Assembly: GCF_018350175.1 (NCBI RefSeq)
Contig: NC_058383.1
Span: 5,954,001 to 6,018,000 of the forward strand
Length of the DNA stretch: 64,000 bases
From: Felis catus
Taxonomy: Eukaryota
Direction: 5' to 3'
Shown piece by piece: positions 55,616 through 64,000 of this stretch; positions within the stretch are counted from its first letter, which is position 1; each line of letters starts with the position of its first letter. The notes below the pieces were generated by a model. It had not been told where the DNA came from and made no database searches. It saw nothing but the letters and a program-made list of their open reading frames with translations. A program made the position numbers and the translations under genes.

Positions 55616-56039
55616 AGAAAGCATTCTGCTGCATGGACCTTCACGTACAGGTCTTTCCATGAACATAAGCAGTCATTTGTGTTGGATGTACACCCAGGTT
55701 TGGAATCATTGGGTCATACAGCATCAATGACTTCAGTCGATCCTGCTGAAATAACTCTTTCCCAAAGTGGTATACCAGTTGACCTTCCCACCTGTTGATG
55801 TGAAGTTTCTATGTGTTTGGCATCTGTGACAGTATTTGATTGTCTTTTAGCCATCCTAATGGAGATGCAGAATCATTTCTTTTTTAATTAACTTTTTATT
55901 TTTGAGTAACTGTAGACTTACAGAAATGTTGCAAAGATACTACAGAGTTCCTGTATTCTCTTCACCAGCTTCCCTGAATATTAACACCCGAAAAACCACA
56001 CATATACATATATATTATTAATTTATTAATACTAAGTCC

Positions 56040-56220
56040 TTTAAACATTTTTTTGCTATTAAGTTTATTTTCAAAAGGGTGGGGAGGGACATAGAGAGAA
56101 GGGGACAGAGGATCTGAAGCGGGCTCCATGCTGACAGGAGACAGCTTGAACTCACAAACTGTGAGATCATGACCCGAGCCGAAGTCGGACGCTTAACTAA
56201 CTGAGCCACCCAGGTGCCCC
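56040..56220 (-). mobile_element. Can-SINE
   Basis: Head ...gagccacccaggtgcccc at 56220. Confidence 0.9.
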
Positions 56221-56539
56221 TTAACACTGACTCCAGGTTGTCAGAAAGTAAAGTACATTCTCCTATGAAAAAAATAAGATACCCCCAACCTATTCTGCAC
56301 AATAACTAAATTTGCTTGTATGCTTGTAAACGTTAACATTTTCAATGGTACCAATGAATGATATGTCACTTGTTTAACGAAAATATCTAAATTACACAGG
56401 CACCTTAAAATGAGCTTAGGCCATACATTTGTTTTGGATATTTGGAATTTTTTTTCAGGATAACGAAGGTCTTCATACTGCTCCTTATTGTGGTTAGAGA
56501 ATTAATCATTCTATGCATATATTGAACAAATTCTCTTTA

Positions 56540-56761
56540 TTTAAAAAAATCATTTAATGTTTTTATTTATTTTTGAGAGAGACAGAGACAGAGTGTGAGC
56601 AGGGGAGGGTCAGAGAGAGAGGGAGACACAGACTCCAAAACAGGCTCCAGGCTCCGAGCTGTCAGCACAGAGCCCGACGCAGGGCTCGAACCCACGAACC
56701 ATGAGATCATGACCTGAGCCGAACTCTGATGCTTAACCGACTGAGCCACCCAGGCACCCCC
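56540..56761 (-). mobile_element. Can-SINE
   Basis: TSD gaacaaattctcttta / gaacaaactctcttta. Confidence 0.94.
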
Positions 56762-56967
56762 GAACAAACTCTCTTTAAATCATCCCATTTTTTTTCTCCT
56801 TACCCCCCAAATCAGAGGAGAAAATCAAACAAAATTATCAAATACCTATATGGGTAAAGTTCACACGTAGATTTCTTTTTAATTGTGGCAAAATACACAT
56901 AACAGAAACTACCATCTTAACCATTCTTAAGGGTACAGTGCAGTCACGTTAAATACATTCACGTTAT

Positions 56968-57192
56968 GGGACGCCTGGGTGGCTCAGTCGGTTGAGCGTC
57001 TGACTTCAGCTCAGGTCACGATCTCACGGTCTGTGAGTTCGAGCCCTGCGTCAGGCTCTGGGCTGATGGCTCGGAGCCTGGAGCCTGCTTCCGATTCTGT
57101 GTCTCCCTCTCTCTCTGCCCCTCCCCCGTTCATGCTCTGTCTCTCTCTGTCTCAAAAATAAATAAACATTAAAAAAAAAAATTAAAAAAAAC
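56968..57192 (+). mobile_element. Can-SINE
   Basis: TSD aaatacattcacgtt on both sides. Confidence 0.94.
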
Positions 57193-57867
57193 AAATACAT
57201 TCACGTTGTTACGCAGCCGGTCTCCAAAACGTTTTTATCTTGCGAAACAAACTCTATACCCATTTAGGGTAACCTTATTAAAGTATAAACCAGATAGTCT
57301 CTTGCTTAGAGCCTTCTGAAGATTTCCCATTTCTCTTACAATTAAATCTAGGCTCCTAACGATTGGGGCTTGCCGAACCATCTGGGGCCCCGGTGTTCTT
57401 GTTTCTTGGCCACATGCAGCCCTCCCCACCAAGGGCCTCTTCCGAATCCTCCCATGGCTGGTCCCTTCCTTTTTGATTCTAGTCACCACCGTCTGAAGTG
57501 ATTGTGCCCCGTGATGGATGTGCGGTCCACTGTCTGCCCGCCCTATTGGATGCAAATGCCTGGGCTGCCTTCCCGATTACGAAGACCCCAGGGCCTAGCA
57601 CGGGGCCTGACATTAGTAGGTACTCAACTAGGGTTTGTTGAGTGAATAATCAAAGGTCGATGGTGACAGAGAAGGTGACAGGCTAGATGCTCTGGAGGAA
57701 CACACAACCCACTGAGGCAAACGTGCCTCCCCACCCCCGCCCCCACCCCCATACACCTGCAGGGGTGCCACTGGGTCAACTCAAGAGGACACGAACAGTG
57801 GGTGGTGGCGAATGAGTCAGGGCTACATCAGAGCCACAGAGCGATCCATACGGAGACTTACTGTCAG

Positions 57868-58085
57868 TGTCATGGGCTGAATTGTGTCTCCCCCAACCCA
57901 CTCACAGGTTGAAATCCGGTACCCCAGAATGTGGCTGTATTTGGAAATAGACTCTTGAAAGAGGTAATTCAAAGAAACCAATGCCGCCAGTGCCTTGATT
58001 CTGGACTTCCAGCTTCCAGAACTGTGAGAAAATTAATTCTGTTGTTTAAGCCTCAGGCATGCAGCGCTGGTTAACTCATACAATA
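57868..58085 (+). mobile_element. MLT1-type LTR, internally deleted
   Basis: tgtcatgggctgaattgtgtctcccc...tatttggaaatag...ttgattctggacttccagcttccagaactgtgagaaaattaa. Confidence 0.8.
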
Positions 58086-58789
58086 GGGTTGACCCTTTCC
58101 CCCACTGAGGACCCGAGGGGCTTGTGGCTCCTGACCTGGCCAGTGGCAGGTATGAGCTGGAGGGGAGGGGAGGCAGGCAGGACAGACCAGGCCTGCCAGG
58201 AGACTAGGACCCGTGGGGACCGGAGAAGCTGGCGCTTTTGCTGCAGAACCCCCCCCACAAGGGCATGTGGCTCAAAGGTGGAGCTGCTTCAGCTCTGTGG
58301 CCAGAGCTGGAGGATTGTGCTCACCTTCAGCGAGCACCTGCATGGCCTGCTGGCCAGACCTGGCTTCCCAGGGACTTGGAGCTCAGTCAGTCACCCAAGG
58401 GATCAGCGGATCAGCCTCCCAGTGGTGTGATGGGATGCCCCGGGCCACAGGGTGGCACCGATTTCCTGGACTTCTGCAGACAGCTACAAAGGGTGCTTCT
58501 GATGGGCCAACAGGTGCCCAGCGACCCAGGTCACCGCATGGCCCCATGCCCCGTGATCGGATCCTCGTTCTTCATGGCGTTTGTTACTTCTGCATTTTGT
58601 GGCGCATTGAACCAGTTGTTCAGCTCTTGGAGAATCACTCCATGGATTCTGTGCCTATTGTGCGTGTCAGATGAAGCCGCATCCGACGGCTACTTATCAA
58701 CGAAAGTGACTGCATCTCGAAATAAAAGTTGTACATGTAATTTGCCACGGATCGCATGGCTGAGACTTTAACAAGACACAGGAATTTTG

Positions 58790-59007
58790 AAAAAATGTTT
58801 TTACTTATTTATTTTGAGCGAGAGAGAGACAGAGAGAGAGAGCAGAGGAGGGGCAGACAGAGAGAGAGGGAGTGAGAGAATCCCAAGCAGGCTCTGCACT
58901 GACAGCACGGAGCCCGACATGGGGCTCGAACCCATGAAAAGTGAGATCGTGACCTGAGCTGAAACCAAGAGTCAGACGCCTAACCAACTGAGCCACCCAG
59001 GAGCCCC
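58790..59007 (-). mobile_element. Can-SINE
   Basis: Degenerate TSD aacaaga..c.ggaatttt. Confidence 0.92.
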
Positions 59008-60265
59008 AACAAGATTCGGGAATTTTTAGAAATATGCTGCCATTAGAGCATCAGCTTTTCCAGGATAAGCTTAGCATGCGGGATGTTAACCAGCCAACCT
59101 TCTATCAAATACAAGCAAGAGTGAATCTTCTGTGTGGCTGGAACGTTATTACAGTTACAGAAAGAAACCACAGGCCTTAAGATTCGAGCTTCTTTTTCAG
59201 ACGTATTTTAAAAATCTCAAACCAAATGATATCTTAAGTAGACAGAGACTGATTTTCACATAATCCAGGGATCATCTGTCTCAGTGGCTCACAGACAAGC
59301 CCTCGTTAGCTGTTCCGCAATATACTGGAGCCGAACGTTATCGCTTACATTAAACATCGCAAATTAAAGGGAAGGCCTGATTTGCTTGGAACAGAATACT
59401 CCATATGCCACATCAAAATCACGGAAATAATTGGATGTCAGAAATACTTTTTAATTGCTGATGGTGTTCTGCCAGTAAACAAATTACTTTTTACTGGATT
59501 GTGTTTTGGGACATCCGGCCGACCCTTTGACACCAGAAAGAAGGATTTCCCATAAATAAAAGCTTCAGGGCAATTTCATGTTGTGATTAGTGTTTCTTTC
59601 CCATGCCACCGGATTATTAATAGTTGGGATTTGTGTTTCATATCAGGGCAGGAAATTAATCACGTCATGTACAGGACTCCATGTAAAGAAATACTTCACG
59701 AGGTCCCATTTATTTCAAAAAGGAAAAGGTAGTTAAGCATTTAAATTAAATAAACGGATCGATGTCACAGCAATTGCTGGGGAATGACTTGTCACATGGC
59801 AAAGGAAACGCACTGAAGATACAAGCAGCTGTTTCTCAGCTTAAAGTTTATAGTGTTTCAAAATTCAGGAAATGACTTTACAGTGTTCTGGTTAGATTCA
59901 AATTTGTAAAATTAACAGAACCAGCCCGTAATACAGCATTCTGCATTATAAAGACATTTGGATACATTTACCAAAGTACAACATTCTGGCAAAATGGCCC
60001 ACTTGTCTGTCATGCAATTAAAGCAGGCTTCGTGTTAGAGTTACATATTATGTTAGTGATAATTTCACTACCAAGATATCATTTATATACCAAACCCAAG
60101 CCCGTGCGTAGCTTTGCGTGGCCGTTGAAAGAAGAGTTACTGAATTTAATGCAACGGGGTAATTATGGTATAAAATGTAAGTAGCTTTATTCTGAGGTTC
60201 GTTCAAAAGTAAGATCCGGCATCTGAGGCCTAATAATCTTTGAGAGCTCTCCCTGGAGAATGTAA

Positions 60266-60471
60266 TGTTATATTTATTCTTGAGAGAGAGGGGGAGACAG
60301 AACATGAGTGAGGGAGGGACAGAGAGAGAGACACACACACACAGAATCCAAAGCAGGCTCCAGGCTCTGGGCTGTCAGCACAGGGCTTGATGCAGGGCTT
60401 GAATTCACAGACTGTGAGATCATGACCTGAGCCAAAGTCAGATGCTCAACTGAATGAGCCACCCAGGAGCC
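60266..60471 (-). mobile_element. Can-SINE
   Basis: TSD ctccctggaga(a/g)tgt. Confidence 0.92.
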
Positions 60472-61241
60472 CTCCCTGGAGAGTGTTTAACATGTTGATA
60501 ACAAGTTAGATCGAGCCGACTTTTCAAATATAAAGTCCCCAAGTGAAGAACAGAAACCCCAATCAAGGGGTTTCTCCACCAAACCCACCCCAGCTGATCC
60601 CTTTGGTTTGCGCTTTTTTTCCAAGGTCCTCACTAAATATCTGCTTTCTTAAGAGAGGGGATTTTGAACATCAGTGAGAGAAATCATTGCAATGATTGAA
60701 ATAACCGATTCTTTTGGAAGTTGGTTAATAAAAGCAGGGGAAAAAAAATCAAGCATTCATCCTGCCTTTTCTGTATAAATGTTTCCTCAGAAAAACCAAA
60801 TAGTTAAGGGCATTTTTTCCTTTGTAGAAATCTTCCAGCTAATACACACAGAAGAGAACATAGACGTTGCAAACTAAGCAGTGACACAATCTTTAAAAGA
60901 GGCCATCTGCCATAAAACATGTCCTGCCGTCACTCATGAAGCGATCTTGCCAAAATCTCAGCCTGAATCGGACAAATCTTTGGATTTACTTGATTGACTT
61001 AAGTGCAGGGGACAGGGAACAGGTTACAGGACACCAGGTAGCTGCATCAGCAAAATCCAGATTGGGGAATCCAACGGAGCCAGCAGCCGAGTTTCTTCAA
61101 CAAATAAATCACAAAGGAGGGAGGGGAGAAAATAAAGAGAAGGATCCAGGGAGGGGAAATTCTCCACAATAAAAGAGACATAGGATGATTCCATTGCAAT
61201 GTGTGGACCTCATCTGGATCCTGATTCAAACAGCCTGTAGT

Positions 61242-61460
61242 GGGGGCGTCTGGGTGGCGCCTGGTCAGCCAAGTATCCGACTCTCGATTTCAGCTCAGGT
61301 CATGATCCCACGGTTCGTGAGTTTGAGCCCCACATTGGGCTCTGTGCTGACAGCATTCCCTGGAGCCTGCTTGCAATTCTGTCTCCCTCTCTCTCAGCCC
61401 CTCCCTCACTCTCTCTCTCAAAATAAATAAACTTAAAAACAATGTTTAGTTAAAAAAAAG
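61242..61460 (+). mobile_element. Can-SINE
   Basis: TSD tcaaacagcctgtag / tcaaatagcctgtag. Confidence 0.93.
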
Positions 61461-61614
61461 TCAAATAGCCTGTAGAAAATATATACATTTTTAAGAGAAC
61501 TGGGGAAATGAGAAAATCGAATGCTTGAAAATATTGGTGGTATTGGGGACTTAACGTTAAATTTTTAGGTATAATAATAATACTGTGGTCATGTTTTTTA
61601 AAAAACAAGTCTTT

Positions 61615-61805
61615 GGGGCACCTGGGTGGTTCAGTCAGTTAAGTGGCAGACTTCGGCTCAGGTCGTGATCTTCCGGTTCGTGAGTTCGAGCCCCGCATTG
61701 GGCTCTCTGCTGTCAGCACAGAGCTTACTTCGGATCCTCTGTCCCCCCTCTCTCTGCCTTTCTCTCTCTCTCAAAAATAAATAAACATTAAAAAAAAAAA
61801 AAAAA
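61615..61805 (+). mobile_element. Can-SINE
   Basis: Full head and A-tail. Confidence 0.92.
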
Positions 61806-61936
61806 GCAAAACCTTATCTGTTAGAGACACATTACCGAAACATTTGCTGATGAGAGATGATGGCTGGAGTTTATTTCAAAACAGCCCCGGGTGGGGAGGG
61901 TGGGTGTGACGTGGGGGACAGAGGTGGAACACGAGT

Positions 61937-62680
61937 GTAACTGAGCCCAAGCTCCTTCCTTTCACCGGACGGGCCAGTAAGTCAAGGAACAAGATGCTGG
62001 GGGCAGGGAAGGCAACTTTACTCGGAAAGCCAGCAAACAGAGCATGTGGTGGGCTCTTGTCCCAAAGAAACAACTCCTCTCGCCATGAAATTCAAACTTC
62101 TTTTCTGCCCGCAGAAAGGGGGACGAGTGAGGGGCATTGGAGTCAAAAGATCACTAACCTCTGTAGCCTGGGGCGGGAGGTCACGCAACTTTTTTGTTCT
62201 CAGTCAGTTGATGTGGGGGTACAGGAATCTGGTCATGCCATTCCCATAAATCTTAAACATGGAGTCATTTCTGTCTTCCTTGCCTCCTCAGGTGAGGTAG
62301 GTTTTGGGTAAAAAAGCAGCTTTTGCAAATCTGAGCTGTAAGCAAAATTCCTTCGATGAGCAGCAGGCCTATGTGCAGGGCTAATCGGAAAAGTTCCTGA
62401 GCTAGAGGAACTCTAAGCGTGACTCTCGGTTTCGGCTCAGGTCATGATCTCACGTTTTCATGAGACCGAGCCCAGCATCCGGCTCTGTGCAGAAAGTGCA
62501 GAGCCTGCGTGGGATTCTCTCTCTCTCTCTGTCTTTTTGCCCTTCCCCTGCTAGTACTATCTCTGTCTCTTTCAAGGTAAAATAAACTTAAAAAAAAAAA
62601 AAAAGTTCCTAAGCTAATAGGTCACAGCAGCAAGGGAAACCTTAGCAACATGGAGTCAGACATGCTAAGTTTCTCCCTCG
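61937..62680 (-). mobile_element. ERV1-like solo LTR (laurasiatherian/carnivore type), split by a SINE
   Basis: tgtaactgagcccaagctc...actttactcggaaagccagca...tgtcccaaagaa...acatggagtcaga. Confidence 0.65.
62416..62600 (+). mobile_element. Can-SINE, 5'-truncated
   Basis: TSD aaaagttcct(g/a)agcta. Confidence 0.9.
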
Positions 62681-62804
62681 GGAGTGACTGTAAGTTGGTC
62701 ACTTACTGAAGCTGAGGTGGGGGTGGGGGTGGGGGGTACTTGACATTTACTTTCTCTATTGTTATTTGTATTTGAAATTTTCCTTAATAAAAAGGCTTTT
62801 GTTT

Positions 62805-63012
62805 TTAATTTTTTTTTGATGTTTATTTTTGAGAGAGAGACAGACCATGGGTGAGGGAGGAGCAGAGAGAGAGGGAGACACAGAATCTGAAGCAGGCTCC
62901 AGGCTCTGAGCTGTCAGCACAGAGCCCAACACGGGGCTTGAACCCACAAACCGTGAGATCATGACCTGAGCCGAAGTCAGATGCTTAACCCACTGAGCTG
63001 CCCAGGTGCCCC
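62805..63012 (-). mobile_element. Can-SINE
   Basis: Full head ...gagctgcccaggtgcccc. Confidence 0.92.
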
Positions 63013-63243
63013 TACAGCCTTGTTTTTTTTGTTTTGTTTTGTTTTGTTTTTTTAATTTAAGATGCAGTGAACTTCCCAAACTAGTAATAACTTTTTAACC
63101 AAGTTCAGAAGTTAATTTTTAATTGGCTAAAATATCTGATCAACAAATAGGTTTTCTCTCAGTGGAAGAAAAAAGTGATTTTTTTTTCCCCCAGAAAAGA
63201 AAAATTTGCCTGATATGTTATGCTTACTAAATAGCAAATTAAA

Positions 63244-63252
<9 letters not shown>

Positions 63253-63279
<27 letters not shown>
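63253..63279. repeat. (TA)n microsatellite after an A-run
   Basis: Read directly from the sequence. Confidence 0.9.
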
Positions 63280-63282
<3 letters not shown>

Positions 63283-64000
63283 CAGCTTGAGGACATCAGT
63301 GAACCTAATGTCTTACCCCCACCTCTGTGATGATTTCTCTGGAACCCTGTTGCCCAGCCCTGTATGCCCAGGGTCCCTATGCCTCCCAAGGCAATTCTCC
63401 CGATGCCCAGCCTTTTTTAGGTACCACCCTCTCCAAACCTTCTCAGTAGCTGCTAGCATTCCACAGCCCAGTACTTACCCCCCCCCCCCTCCGCAGCCCC
63501 TTTGTGTGTCTTTAAGGCCAGTCTGTCCCTGGCTTCCATGGCTTTGTTAATTAAATTTGTTCTCGAAGGTGTGGCTTATAAACAAACCTTGCATTTACTG
63601 AAGTGGCCATAAAGGAACTCCTAGTAGGTCAAATTTCACCATTGCCCCTGCAGGCTCATCTACAGAAAAGTTTTGCTTTTTGCTAAAAGGCATGCCCCTC
63701 TGGGCTGAGGGCTCAGTGTGCCCGTGGGACTCAGTCGTCTATCCAATTCATCAAAGCCTCTGATTAGGTCTCCAGGAGCCAAGAGTTTTGCACTGCACAT
63801 GTTGAAAGGGTTTTCCACAGGTGTTCAAAGACATGCCCTAAAGTGGAGGTCCTGTGGCGCCAGCAGCCTGAGCGGTGTCTGTGGCCCCCTGCTCCTTGAC
63901 CATGTGTCTCAAGGTCTGAGGTCACAAGCACCTCCTGGGATCTGAGGGGTCCTTCGCTGTCAGCGTGGCCTGCCTGTCTGGGGCAGCTGCCGCGGGAGTG

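Larger units (their letters stand above)
60760..62800 (+). mobile_element. Old L1MC/ME-like 3' region, interrupted by SINEs and an LTR
   Basis: tgcaatgtgtggacctcatctggatcctgattcaaac...ccttatctgttagagacacat...tgaaattttccttaataaaa. Confidence 0.65.

Noticed and set aside
3573..63012. tRNA-like A/B boxes (GGTGGCTCAGTCGG, GTTCGAGCCC)
   Set aside because: They are the tRNA-derived heads of SINEs followed by (CT)n and A-tails; no complete tRNA gene is seen.
3553..63079. Many similar short ORFs (MAQSVERLTSAQVMIS..., SLSLSL, ERERER)
   Set aside because: These are translations of Can-SINE bodies and their (CT)n tracts, not a gene family.

Overview
Mammalian genomic DNA, almost certainly from a felid, because it is dense in tRNA-derived Can-SINEs of the cat type and carnivore L1 ends. 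The first ~8.5 kb holds the 3' part of NPTX2 (neuronal pentraxin 2/Narp) on the + strand: the end of one coding exon (1-57), three further coding exons (4010-4254, 5926-6105, 7015-7242) with canonical GT-AG junctions in phase, and a ~1.2 kb 3' UTR with an ATTAAA signal at 8447-8452. The other ~55 kb is intergenic and repeat-rich: about 36 Can-SINEs (many with readable TSDs), L1, L2 and MIR fragments, MaLR/ERVL LTRs and hAT DNA transposons. No other protein-coding gene is supported. The most unusual objects are three. (1) An ~820 bp TSD-flanked composite retro-insertion (35058-35874) joining a SINE to a CpG-island-like cargo with NRF1 motifs, its own AATAAA and a decayed poly(A) tail. (2) A MER53-like palindrome whose two arms appear to carry matched compensatory changes. 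(3) A two-LTR ERVL remnant with RT, connection/RNase H and integrase traces nested in an old L1. Repeat family names and comparisons with human sequence come from memory of consensus sequences, not from searches. Repeat boundaries are approximate unless a TSD is quoted.
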